A stretch of DNA of 64,000 bases from Camelus dromedarius (Eukaryota), in NCBI RefSeq assembly GCF_036321535.1, contig NC_087436.1, positions 4,154,001 through 4,218,000 of the forward strand. Reading direction: 5' to 3'. Of the stretch, positions 37,562-50,257 are shown piece after piece (positions within the stretch are counted from its first letter, which is position 1; each line of letters opens with the position of its first letter). The position numbers and the translations under genes are program-made. Below the pieces are notes generated by a model, which did not search any database, was not told the origin of the DNA, and saw only the letters and a program-made list of their open reading frames with translations.

Positions 37562-37851
37562 TTTTATTTTTTTTAAATAGAAGTATAGTCAGTTTACAAT
37601 GTTGTGTCAGTTTTTGGTGTAATGTTTCAGTCATACATATATGTACATGTATTCATTTTCATATCCTTTTGCATTATAGGTTGCTACAAGCTATTGAATA
37701 TAGTTCCCTGTGCTGTACAGTAGAAACTTGTTTATCTATTTTATATACACTAGTTACTACCTGCAAATCTCAAACTCCCAATTTATCCCTTCCTGCCCCC
37801 TTTCCCCCTCTGGTAACCATAAGTTTATTTGTGAGTCTGTTTCTGTTTTGT
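37562..37851 (-). mobile_element. L1 3'-UTR fragment of camelid type
   Basis: T-rich tail, then GAAGTATAGTCAGTTTACAATGTTGTGTCAG...CAAATCTCAAACTCCCAATTTATCCCTTCC...GGTAACCATAAGTTT. Confidence 0.85.
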
Positions 37852-39111
37852 GGGGCTCCTTCTTAAGGCAGAAAAAGCTGTGGGTGAGGGACGGGAAGCC
37901 CGTTGGGCCGAGGCTTCAGACTCAGATACTTTTATCTGTCCCAGCCGCACAGCTTTGATACTCGTAGTGTGGAGTTAGTGTGGGATTCCCAGGGCTGTTG
38001 GGCCATCTTGGGATGAGAACCTCTGAGTGGCAGTTCTTGGTCTATTTTGGGGACCAGACAGAATCTTTGATTCCTCTCCCCAGAGAAACACAACCCAGAT
38101 TGACACAGATACAGTAGCCCTGGCATCTGGGGTAGAACCCCTTGGATTAGAGCACTATGAGTCTGCTCTCTTCTCATTTCCTTTTTGCGGTCCTTGTTTG
38201 GTGTTGCCTTCCCTTTAGGGCTGCATTCGTGCCTGTGCCCAAGACAGAGTGAGGGTGAGACACAGGAATGACCAGTTTCTCCATCTGTGATCCCCCATCC
38301 TGGTGGTGACAACACAGGTGACAGGGACCAGAGCATGAGCTTCCCTCATCCAGAACTTTGGATGGGACAAGCCAGGGCTGGAGGATGGGGAGGAGAGGAA
38401 AGAGATGGGGAGGGAAGAGGAAAGGAGAGGATGGAGGGGGGTGAGGAAAGAGACCCAAGAGGAGGGGGGAGAGGAGGGGCAGGTGGGAGGCGAGGGGCAG
38501 AGGGAGCAAGGGTCCCTGACTGGGGGCATTCAGGGTAGGGTGACGTGTGGGTTATGCCTGGTGACTTAGAGATGTTGGCGGCCTGAAAGGGAGGGAGGCA
38601 GAAAGCAGGGCTTTTCAATATGAGCATTCGTGTCGCTGTGACAGCGGTCATTTATCACGCCCTGAATGGGAGCTCAGGGCCCAGTGCCGTCACCAAAGGC
38701 CTCCGGGTGAAGTTTTACCTGAGTGTGAAAGGGGCTGGGGCCTGGGCCTGGCTCTCCTGTCGCCCAAAGGAGCAGCTCCTGGCGCTTCTGGGGCTGAGGG
38801 GGTGGCCCCCCGGGGGCCGTATGTTTGGAGCAGAAAGACTTTGGCACCAGAAGAGGGGACACAGGGCAGGATGTTTGCAGGTGGGGGACCCTCCAGGCAT
38901 CCCTGGCCATTGAGGGAAGGAGTTGCTTCATACAGGGGCCTGGAAAGACCTTCTCCAGGCACTGAATCAGGACCCTTCCCCCATTCAGTCTTGTGAGCCT
39001 GCCAAGTGGGGGTCCACATCTGGGCAAGTGATGTCACTGGTACCAGTTAAAGTTTTAGAAAAAGATACTATTTCATACCTACCACGTGTAGGTCATGTAC
39101 AGATTTTTAAT

Positions 39112-39222
39112 GAGGGTGACCCTCCCTGCTTGCTGTCCGGGAACTCGGGGGCTTCTTGGGATGCCGGACGTCCCATGTTAATCTGGGACAGTCCTGGGTG
39201 AAGCAGGACAACTCATCGCCCA
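39112..39222. mobile_element. hAT-Blackjack MITE (MER81-like), degraded
   Basis: AGGGTGACC start, internal GGGACAGTCCTGGG, similar in size and layout to 31429-31541. Confidence 0.5.
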
Positions 39223-42200
39223 AATGTTAAGTTGTTTGACTTCACAGTAGCTCTTGGAAAGAGGCACTGCATTTACCTTCACTTACAAGTAAGGAAACGG
39301 GCAGGGAGAACAAAGTTCCGGAGGCCAGAGGCCACAGAGCCAGGGAGCGGGAAGGCCTGGATCTGGAAGTAACCAGTCTGGTGTCTAAGTGTGCGCTCCC
39401 AACCCCTCCCCTGTGCTGCCTGGAACCTGGAGGCGACACCTGTGTGATGAACATGTTTTCTGAACAGTGAACCAGGATGATGGGGGCCCAGGGGCTCACT
39501 GGTCTGTAGGTCCCAGTGCTTGAGACAGGCCTGCCCCTCCCTGACTTCTTGGTCCACCTGGCCTGCAGAGGGGCAGCAATGGCAGAGCCCACCTGACCTC
39601 AGTGTGTGCAGTACCTTGAGTGTGTGATCCTGGTGTTGGGCCAGGAACACAGCTAACGCCATCCAAGGTCTTTGTCAGAACCTCCAGGCCAGTGAGGACC
39701 AGAGGAGAAGGTCGGGGAGGGCGCACATGTCGGAACTTGCAGCCCAGGATACTTTGCTGAGAGGCCCTACACCCCAGCCACGTGCAGCACCTGAGTGACG
39801 GCAGACGAGTGAGGACGGGATGACGTAGGGTTCCCGGACAGGAGCCACTTTGGTGTGTTTTCCATCCTGTGCTGTGGGTCAGCTCAGTCGTCCTGTGTCA
39901 GGCTCCGGCCAGAGGAGGATGCTAACCCAGATCCTGTGAGTCACGGCTGCTGTTCAGAGGCCATGTGGGAGAAAAGTGAAATCTCCCCCAAGTCTCCCTT
40001 TAGCGAAAGCTGGCTTTCCGTCTCCTGTGGGCTGTGCTGATGGAGACTCCAGTGCAGGTGTTTCCTGGCTACCACGCTCACTCCTGGCACCACGGGCCAG
40101 GCTCTCCGTCCTGGGAAGACAAGAGGAATGTGCGTGCAGGGGTGGGGAAGGAGCTGGGGGCACTGGAGCATCTCTATTTCTGCTGATGGAACAGCCCAGC
40201 TAGGAGCAGGGAACCACTAGCAGGTTCTCTGCTGCTTTACCCCCAAAGCCCAGCCACCAAGGCCTGGCTGGCATGGGCTTCCACCCCAAGCTATGTCTCC
40301 TGCGATCCTCTCCCAGCTCCTGCTGGAAGCCTTGGCTCATTGGTCCATTCCAGCCCCAGCCCAGACCCCTCACCTCTTGGCATTATGGTAGGGCCTTGCT
40401 GGGTTTGGTCGTCTCATTTGGAGAAGCTACAGTGTAACATCCAAGAGCTGACTGATGGGGTCTGAGTGATGGGAACACAGAGGTCTTGGGTGGCAGAGAG
40501 AAAGGCCACCAGAAAGCAGTGTAAGCCTCCTCAAAGGACCGGGTGACAGGGGATTCAGAGAAACGTGCTGGAGGAGGCCGGAGGGGGAGGCATCACTCGG
40601 ACCCGGGGCCCGTGAGGCTTCCCACTTCTCCCTCCTGTAGCATCACCCACTCAGCACGTGCGTAGCCTGTTCACTGGCACCTACTGTGTGCTTGTTCTGG
40701 GTTAAGCTCAGGGTACACAGGAGAAAGTCTGACATGGATCAAGTAAGTTACACATTATGGTTAGTATTGTGAAGTCGATAAATGGGGTGCTGAGATGGTG
40801 AACGACACGGAGGTCTGGGAAGGCCTTTCTGAGGAGGTGACTGTAAGTGGAGCCTGAAGGTTGGACCGGAGTCAGCCAGGGAGGGACAGGGACAGGGACA
40901 AGGTCCAGGCCTAGGGAACAGCGTGTGCAAAAGCCCCGAGCTTGCAGTGTGTGAAGAACTAAAAGATGGCTTGTAAGGTTAGAGCCCCGTGAGTGGCGCG
41001 GGGCAGACGCTCAGTTCTCCCGGAGCTTCCCCTGCCACCCCCCACCCCTGAGCCTCCTGCTCCAGCCTTAATTGTCTCAGAGGAGCTGAGCAGGGGGTTT
41101 GTGAGGGGCTCGCATTTGTGCCTTGCACGAGGGACATTAAGTGAACAGGGTCCGCCTCAGCTTTTCATGTCGTTAATTGGTGGCCTTCAGACTCTGAAAG
41201 AGCATCTTCCCTCTCCCACCCCTGATTTCATTGCCTCAGTTCAGTACACGTGAGCTCCGCACAAGGCAGCCTGCTTGGATATACTAGGAATTGTTTAAAT
41301 GAGACGGGGACGTATGGGTAGTTAAAAATGCAGCCTTCTACTCTGCCCTCATTAAGTATCAAATTACGTTACAATTACACCCAAATAAACTTGCTGAGAA
41401 GCTCAATAGGGGAGGTTCTGGGAGCTTCAGGAGATAAGAGAAATAGGGCCCAGTTTGGGGTGGTGGCCCTACGGCCTGCGTGGGCTCTGAAACCCAGGCA
41501 GTGCGTGTATGCGTGTGTGTGTGAGCCTGTGTGTCCGTGTCTGTGTTACCAGTTCCTTTGCCTTGTTTTGTCTGTTGGGCGTCATTGGCTCGGGCCTAGG
41601 CAGCTATGAGAGGGCAGCAAGAGGTCTTGTCCAGTCTCTATGCCAAGGGATCTGCCAAGACGCCACCATTCCCCAGCCATGTGATTGAGGAGAAAATCTT
41701 GTAGCCTCTTGGAGCCTGTTTCCTTCTCTGTAAAGTGGAGGTGATGCTGGCGGCTCTAGTCTCTAGTACCTGGCACCTGGGGGCTCTTAGGAAATGGGAT
41801 GAGTCACCATTTTTACTGCTGTTAGCTCACCAGTTGGGTCCATCACGGTCATCGGCTTCTCTCAGGGGTGGGAACCTGCCCTTCCCTCTGACTCTGACTC
41901 CCTCAGCCAAGCTGATTAGGCGCTCGGCTCAGGCCTCTGCAAGGCTGCAGTCTTCCCTGTAAGACTGACGACACTGCAGAGCACCTCCCCTGCACGGCCC
42001 TTTGCAAATGCTCACTCAGTCTTGGGAGGGAGGCATGGACTCGTTCAAGGTGGTTCTCCTAAAAAGTGGTAGAGTGGGATTCAGACCCAGGTGTGCCTGT
42101 GAGGCCACAGGCCCCGGGAGGTGACAGGGGGCCACTTGGTCCCCAGGCTAGTGGGGAAGATTCCTCTGAGTGGTTTTCAGCCATTCACTTTATGCAAGGA

Positions 42201-42488
42201 GCCAGCCTCGGAGCTGAGGCTCTTGGGAAGGGTCTGGATTAATCGTTATTAATACCTTATTAATAATTATTAATCATCACGAGGCTACTGCTGTTGCAGG
42301 GCTCCAAACTAGGCCAACCCCATTCCTCTTCTCCCACGACTGCCATCCACAGCCACTCCTGTTCAGGCCTGGGGTAGGGGACAGGAGGTGTTCCCATCAA
42401 AGGACCCTTCCCCTCTCTATTAGGTGGGTAAGGTTGCCCAGGGCTGTCAAGGCATTTTCGGCCAAGACCTCACAGCCTGCTGAGACCT

Positions 42489-42637
42489 TGTTGTGGGTGA
42501 ATTGTATCCCCCCACAAAAGATGTTGGAATCCTAATCCCCAGGACCTATTTCTAAATAGCATCTTTGTAGATAATCAAGTTGAAATGAGGTCATTGGGTT
42601 AATCCAGTATGATTGTGTCCTTATAAAAGGGGGAATG
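42489..42637 (+). mobile_element. MLT1B/C-like LTR 5' fragment
   Basis: TGTTGTGGGTGAATTGTATCCCCCC...AATGAGGTCATT...TGTCCTTATAAAAGGGGGAA. Confidence 0.65.
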
Positions 42638-43100
42638 TGGTTTGCAGAGTCCCAGCTCCAGCATCAAAATCAGAGTATAGAAGAAGAGATTTTGAAACAG
42701 TAGCTTGATAACTGACACAATATAAGTCAACAAAAATTTAATGCAGATACAGGCTGCACTATTAGAAGTATAGAGCCCAGTTTGAGGGAGGTGATAGTCA
42801 CCTTTTACCTTGAACTGGTCAGATCCATTGTGTTTAGGTGTGTGTACAACAATTTTAACAGGATCTAGCCCCCCCTGGAGTCCACATCGATAAGTGTCTT
42901 AATCTGGGGAGATTCAGAACCAAAGCAACATGAGGAACACATGATCAGGGGAACTAAGGCCCACGAGAAATAAGCACTGTCCTCACGTCCCTCAGGCTGC
43001 AGGTGAGAGACAGAGCCAGCTCGGTCTGGATGGTTCTGGGTGGGCAACAGTGGGCCCCAGAAAGGCAGGTTCCAGCTTTGGGATAAAGGAGATTGTTTTC

Positions 43101-43135
<35 letters not shown>

Positions 43136-43549
43136 TCCCTTTGATGGTAGACGCAATGCCTGCTTGTTACAGAGCACTTGGAACATACAGGTTACTGGGC
43201 TGTCAGCTGGGATGCGGCATAGAGACATTATCTTTTAGAGTTCTGGGCTCAAAGGGCTAGACCCCTCCATTCTGTGAGCGGGGGGCCCTCAAAGCACTTG
43301 CAGGAGGCCTGCGCGTTCCCCGCTGGCTTCTGTTCTCCGAGCCTCCCCCGATTAGACCCCTGCCCACGTGGCCCTGAGATTGAGCTTGCCTGGCATCAGT
43401 TCCCCCTGGGCCAGGCCCTCAAGGGTTCAGCTTCTAGTCCAGGTGCTTATCAAGGCATTTCTCCAAAGCCAGATTCTTTCCTCAGAGGAATTCTGGCGCT
43501 AGCTCTCAAGATAATTACATTTTTTCCACCTTGTTGCCTACGGAAAAGT

Positions 43550-45050
43550 TTAAAGCAGCAAATAAAAATCTTTTGTAATTATACCTCCCAAAGATGACTA
43601 CTGTTAATAACATTTTGGCCTTTTTTCCCCCTGCACCAGTATATTCATTTTTAAGATCATTGGGATCATGGTGAATATATAATTTTATATCTTGCTTCCC
43701 CTTACCCCCCTCACTTAACACAAGAGCGTTTTCCGAAGGCCAATATGTGTTTTTAAATACCTTTTAACAGTAGTGGCCTAATACTCCGCTCTTCACCTGC
43801 GTCAACTTGTTACGAGATATTTTGCTTATAGCTGATTTTTTTTTCTTTCATGACCAGTTTTCTTGTTGCTCTCTCTGTACATCAGTCTTTGTGCACATCT
43901 TTGATAATTTCCTCACGATAGAATCTCAGAGAAGGATTGGTTCAAGTGATATATTAAGCCACATTTTATTGTGGAAAAAATTTCAAATATACACAAGAGA
44001 ACAGTATACTGGACATGCCTGTGTGATCGCGTGGTTTCAACAATGACCAGCGTTCTGACGGGCTTGTTTTATCGACCCCTCCCCACTTTTTTGTTAGAAT
44101 ATTTTAAAGCAAGTCCTAGATGTTGTATCATTTCCCCTGTAAGAGTTAGATTTTACTTCTCAAATAGGTTAAGTAACTCTTAAAGCATGACCAGAAGGCC
44201 ATTCACAAACTTAAAATAATTAACAGTAATTCCTAAGTATCATCTCCTATCTGGCTGGGTCCAACTTGCCAATGATCTCAAAAATGATTTCTCACAGCCA
44301 ATAAGTTTGAATCAGGATCCATGCAAAAGGTAACATTTTACATTTGGTTGAAACATTCCTTAAGTCTCTCAACCTATACCTTTTCCTCCTTTTGAAGCCG
44401 TGTTCTTCATGTACTGATGAATCTGCTATAAAGTGTTTTATGGTTCTTGACACATGATAGAAACCGATTTCCAGGAGGGTGGTAACAGTTTGCATCTCTG
44501 CCAGCCAGTAGCCCCATGAGAGGGCACACATCCCGTTCTCAGCCTTGAATATCATTAAAATTTTAAAAAATCAGTTTGATAGGTGAAAGATGGCACCTGA
44601 TGGCAGCTTTAACTTGCATTTCTATGGTTATAAGCATGATCGAACATTTTCCCCATTTGCATGTTAGCTGTTTGTATTTCTTCTTTTGTTAGTTATCTCC
44701 TGTGACCTTTGCTCCTTTTAAAAAGGGTATTGATTAGCATGCTTGAGTTTATAACATAGAGAAATTTAAAGTTTTTATGTAGTCACATTCATTATCTTTT
44801 CCTTTGTGAATTCTTCCATTTTTTTTATGCTCAGAAAATTCTTTCCCTACCCCCAAATTCCATTCACCTACATTTTTTTCTCTCTCATTTTCTTATTTTT
44901 TACTGAGTTTTAAAATCCATCTGAGATCTCATATAATTAGACCATTGATCGAATACTATAATCCTCATTTCTTCAATAGTTTGCAATGTGCATTTACCAT
45001 GCTCTAATTTATTTACACACACATATTGGTCTGTTTAAGAACTTGTGCAG
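43550..45050 (-). mobile_element. Nested ancient L1 (L1ME/L1MC-like) remnants
   Basis: T-rich antisense L1 motifs such as TTAACTTGCATTTCT...CATTTTCCCCAT and TTTTTATGTAGTCA. Approximate. Confidence 0.55.
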
Positions 45051-47921
45051 TCTTCTGTTTTTCTGGGCTCCTGAGAGGTAGTGAGTGTCCCATTGTGGGA
45101 GGTATGCAAGCAGGAAACTTAAGTGCAAGGTCAGGCTGGGATCTTCTGCTCCTGTTTCTGGGGATTTCTGGTTTCCCTGCCCTAGGAGGACCTTTGTGCC
45201 TCTGGATCTGTTTGCATCAGCTCTGGGAAGCAGTAATGGTTTCTCTCCCTCCCTTCCCCATCTACCGGTCTTCCTGCCTTCAGGACGGACCTTCAGACTC
45301 TATTTCTGTCCATATGCTTGTGATCGGGGTGCAGAGCCCAGACCTCACCAGAGAGGCCTGGCCTGAGGTACCCAAAGGCCTCTTGGCTGGACTGTCCTCT
45401 GTGCACTCTGTGGACCCACATGGGGATAGGGATCTGGGCTCTGCTCTGAGGAGAAGCAGGATTTGTCCGCTTTCCCAGATACCCTCTGTCCTCATGGCAT
45501 TCCCCCAACTTACCATTACAGCTATTCGTGTGGCTTACCTCTCCACTAGACTGCCAGCCCGCAAGGACAGCGGGCTCGTATTTCCATTTCTGGCACATGG
45601 CAGGCACCTTCGGGTGGAAGGAAAGAATGAATGAATGGTCCTTTGGAACTTGGAGGGGACTATGGTGGCTTCATAAGCTGAGCCCAAACTGGAGCCCATC
45701 ATCTGACCAGAACAAATACTCTTTGGGGACAAAGGGACAGAACACCTGAAATTGAGGTCTATCCCAGAAAACCCAGTACAGCTGGTTGTCATCAGGAGGG
45801 CTGTCTCCTGAATCTCAGGTCCACGTGGAGCCATGAAAGTCACCCATGTTGACCCTGAGCTGACGTCTGACCTTGAGAGCGGATGATTTCTCCTCTCCAT
45901 GAGCACATTCCAGACAAAATGAGGTTGGGAGACATTTGCATCCAAACCACCAAGCTCTTTAAATGCTGGGGCCTGGAGGCCTGATGGGTTTATTAGGTTA
46001 TTGTGGAAGTTAATAATTTCTCTTCAATGACATGTAAAGGCAGTTATTTCAGGAGCCTGTCCATTTACACAAAGCCAAGTATTTGTCAAGTGCCAGAGGC
46101 AATTCCCAGGTGCCAGCCCCCCCTCAATAATTCTGGATTAGGGACAGCCTGAAATTAACTTACACAAATTTTCTTTCAAGATGCATGGAGCTCTGGGGAC
46201 CACTCAGGAATTTCAGGTTCCTGAAGATTATGCTGTCAGCAAAAGGGCTGGGGTGGGGGCAGCTGAGCCCCTGCAGCTTTCCAGCTGGGCCAGCTCCAGA
46301 GGGGGAGCGGGGAAGCGTGAGTGGGGGCAGGGCATGGATGGCCATTAGTCTGCAGGGGCCCATTTGCCTCCTGAAAACAACTTACTGCCATTTGTATCGC
46401 AAACCTCACGCCCAGCTTGATGGTTTTTCCTTGTTCTTTGACTCAGGCCCGGGGAGGGGCCGTGGCCTGGTGGGGACAGCAGGACTGGCACACGTCCCCT
46501 TGTGGCAATATATTAGGGAAGGTCAAAGAGCCATCAGCCCCTGTCTGGGAGTTAAGTGCTGGGAAGTGGGAGGCACTGCAGGGACCAACTCACTACTAAC
46601 TCACTCCTAGATCCCGAGAGCAAGACACTTCAGATCCCAGAGCCGTGGGCCAGAGGTGGGAGGGGTTCCTGAGCCTGGTCTAGCCTGAGCCCCTGGAGCA
46701 GCAAGAGCTCAGACCACTAAAGGAGGGGGCTCTCTGCTGAGGAGGGCGGCGTGGCCAGGGTTGGTGTAAATCAGAGAGACCTCTGCCAGGCCTCCTGGGC
46801 TCTGTGGAAAGGTCACCCCCGAGCTGTGGTTCCTGGCCAGCCTTGCTCAGATACCTTTAATCTGGCTTCCAGGAAAGGCATCAGCCTGGGCGGGGGCAGG
46901 CGGGAGTCGGACAGATGAAGAGCTCCTCTGGGAGCCGTGTGTCCAGGACCGGCCACCCCCCCCACCGGCTTAGGGTGGCAGGGCTGGCTGTGTGACGGAG
47001 GGATGTGGGGAGGACTCATTCTTTCTGCCAAGCTTCTCTGAGGCCAGGTGGTCCAGGCCAAGCCGAGAGAGGCAAGGCCATAGTTCTCACTCACTTTGGG
47101 AGTCTTGATTTGCACATCAAAGGGTCTAATCCTGGCAGGCCCTTGGGCCCCAGGGGGCCCCAGTGAAGTTGCATTCTCCAGACCCCTGTAGGCCTTGCTT
47201 GGATAGGTTTTGGGGGTCAGGGAGGTGGTTGGAAGGGAGCTAGGTGCATCTGAAAGGGGCCCCTTAATTCCCCTGCGTGGTGGCTGTGGCCCCTACAGAC
47301 ATCCTGGACCAGATTAGCCTTTAACCGGGCAGCTCCAGGCCTCAGCTGCGGGGCCTGGGGCTCCTCCTGGCGGGTGAGCTGGCCAGCTCTTCTGCTTTTG
47401 TCTCCAGCCAGCTGGAGTCCTTGATGAATGGTCTGCACACCCCCTGCCCTGAGCCCTGCCACCATGTTGAGTGCTGGTGTCCCCAGCCAAGAGGAATGGG
47501 CCCCACTAACAAGCTGGAGGTGGCAGCTCGGTGACCCCTGACCCCATGCACTTGGAGCCAGCGGCCTGGGGAATGGCTGCCCCCAGCCTGCTTAATGTGT
47601 CGGGCTGGCTTCTGCAAGGAAAACACATTCAGTGCTCATTAGAGAAAATTGGTCTAATTGGGCTGGAAGCATTCTACTGATCGAACATGGAATTTTTATT
47701 AGGAGGGTGACTGAAGTTCAGCCACAGTGTCCCAGCTGGGAGGTGGCAAGAGATTGTCTCTAGGGATTTCACCCAAAATCTCTTGCCAGCTGATATCAAA
47801 TATCTAGGGAGGTCTGGGTTTGAATTCAGACTGTGCTACCCACAGCCTACATCCTGGGACCCTTTGGGAGCTTCTCCTAGACCTGTTGCCTTAACAGTAA
47901 AATTGAAAAAGAAAGAAATTA

Positions 47922-49460
47922 GAGAAAGAAAGAGGCTGGAGGAATAACTCTCCCAGACTTCAGACAATACTATAGAGCTACAGTCATCAAGACAGCATGG
48001 TATTGGTACCAAAACAGACATATAGGCCAATGGAACAGAATAGAGAGCCCAGAAATGAATCCACAAACTTTTGGTCAACTCATCTTCGACAAAGGAGGCA
48101 AGAATATACAATGGAATAAAGACAGTCTCTTCAGCAAGTGGTGTTGGGAAAACTGGACAGCAGCATGTAAAGCAATGAAGCTAGAACACTCCCTTACACC
48201 ATATACAAAAATCAACTCAAAATGGATTAAAGACTTAACTTAAACATAAGACAAGATGCAATAAACCTCCTAGAGGAAAACATAGGCAAAACATTATCTG
48301 ACATACATTCAAAAATTTTCTCCTACAAGAAATAAAAGCAAGAATAAACAAATGGGACCTAATGAAACTTACAAGCTTCTGCACAGCAAAGGAAATCAGA
48401 AGTAAAACAAGACGACAACCTACAGAATGGGAGAAAATTTTTGCAAATGAAACCGACAAAGGCTTGATCTCCAGAATATATAAGCAGCTCATACGACTCA
48501 ATAAGAAAAAAATAAACAACCCAATCCAAAAATGGGCAGAAGACCTAAACAAGCAATTCTCCAAGGAAGACATACAAATGATCAAAAAGCACATGAAAAA
48601 ATGCTCAATATCACTAATTATCAGAGAAATGCAAATCAAAACTACAATGAGGTATCACCTCACTCCAGTCAGAATGGCCGTCATTCAAAAATCCACAAAT
48701 GACAAATGCTGGAGAGGCTGTGGAGAAAAGGGAACCCTCCTACACTGCTGGTGGGAATGCAGTTTGGTGCAGCCACTATGGAAAACAGTGTGGAGATTCC
48801 GCAAAAGACTAGGAAAAGACTTACCATATGACCCAGGAATCCCACTCCTGGGCTTGTATCCAGAAGGAAATCTACTTCAGGATGACACCTGCACCCCAGT
48901 GTTCATAGCAGCACTATGTACAATAGCCAAAACATGGAAACAGCCTAAATGTCCATCAACAGGTGACTGGATAAAGAAGATGTGGTATACTTATACAATG
49001 GAATACTACTCAGCCATAAAAACCAACAACATAATGCCATTTGCAGCAACATGGATGCTCCTGGAGAATATCATTCTAAGTGAAGTAAGCCAGAAAGAGA
49101 AAGAAAAATACCATATGAGATCGCTCATATGTGGAATCTAAAAAAAACAAAAACAAACAAAAACAAAGCATAAATACAGGACAGAAATAGACTCACAGAC
49201 AGAGAATACAGACTTGTGGTTACCAGGGGGGTGGAGGGTGGGAAGGGATAGACTGGGATTTCAAAATTGTAGAATAGATAAACAATATTACACTGTATAT
49301 AGCACAGGGAAATATACACAAAATGTTATGATAACTCAGAGAAAAAAATGTGACGAGTGAATATGTCCATGAATGGCTGAAAAATTGTGCTGAACACTGG
49401 AATTTGATACATTGTAAAATGATTATAAATCAATAAAAAATGTTAAAATAAATAAATAAA
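47922..49460 (+). mobile_element. Young 5'-truncated L1 (~1.5 kb; ORF2 C-terminus, 3' UTR, A-rich tail) inserted in a MIR
   Basis: Translates to L1 ORF2 ([36 protein letters not shown]...). AATAAA and an A-rich tail at ~49432-49460. AAATTA is duplicated at 47916-47921 and 49461-49466. MIR sequence continues on both sides. Confidence 0.95.
48362..49141 (+). pseudogene. L1 ORF2p C-terminal 259-aa open remnant (not a standalone gene)
   Basis: Contains the cysteine-rich motif [18 protein letters not shown], plus [10 protein letters not shown] and the natural ORF2 end. Endonuclease and RT core are absent, and there is an upstream frameshift near 48240. Confidence 0.9.
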
Positions 49461-50120
49461 AAATTATAGTATCCTTGCAGACTTGTGAGGGGGAAGTAAG
49501 ATTAAGTGTGCATCAGGGCCATGGTATTGCCCTTAGCAGGAGACTGGATCTAGTGGGGTCTGTGTGAGCTAAGATTGCATGTGGTTTCAGTTCCTTTGGC
49601 CAAATCTACTGCAATTCAGTAATAAACCAGCCAAGTCTTTGTTGGCTGCGATTGAGGTGACTCATTTGAGAGGTATTTTTAGACCGAGATCTGGTCCCTT
49701 GAAATGTGGGGGCCACACCCCTGGTAGTCTCAGAATCACCCTCTAGCAGCTCCTCCATCTCTTGCTGCAGCCACTTCTGTTTAGTATTGCCTGAATTTTC
49801 CTAAGCTTCCCTCGACCCTGTTCCTGCTACTCTGGCCTCAATGCAGACCGTCATGGTCACTGATCACTCTGACCGAGGAATTGTCCCCATGTCCTCCCTG
49901 GCCTCTCATCTTCTTCTGCCCTGGTCAAGCCTCCACACTCACTCTCCAAACTGGTCACCCTCCAGAATAGCTCATCCTGAACCCTGGTGACTCCTCTGCA
50001 AATGGATCTTTCTAAAACACAAGTTAGATCCAGTCACTTCTCAGCTTAAAACACTTTCATGGCTCCCGATTGCCTCCAGGATATAGCCCTAACGTCTTAG
50101 CCTGCACACTGGGCTCATCC

Positions 50121-50257
50121 ACAGGGTAACCATATCTGACTTATCATCTCAATCGAGACCATTTTATCCAGGACAAATAGTCAATTGCATGGGATGCTCT
50201 GCTAACAGGCATAAATCAAGACTGTGCCAGGCAAACTAGGGTGTATGGTCACACTGT
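50121..50257. mobile_element. hAT-Blackjack MITE (MER94-like)
   Basis: Terminal inverted repeats CAGGGTAACCATAT ... GTATGGTCACACTG, ~135 bp. Confidence 0.6.

Noticed and set aside
45026..45634. 202-aa ORF and overlapping ORFs
   Set aside because: No recognisable homology or exon structure. Overlapping ORFs on both strands are expected in GC-richer non-coding DNA.
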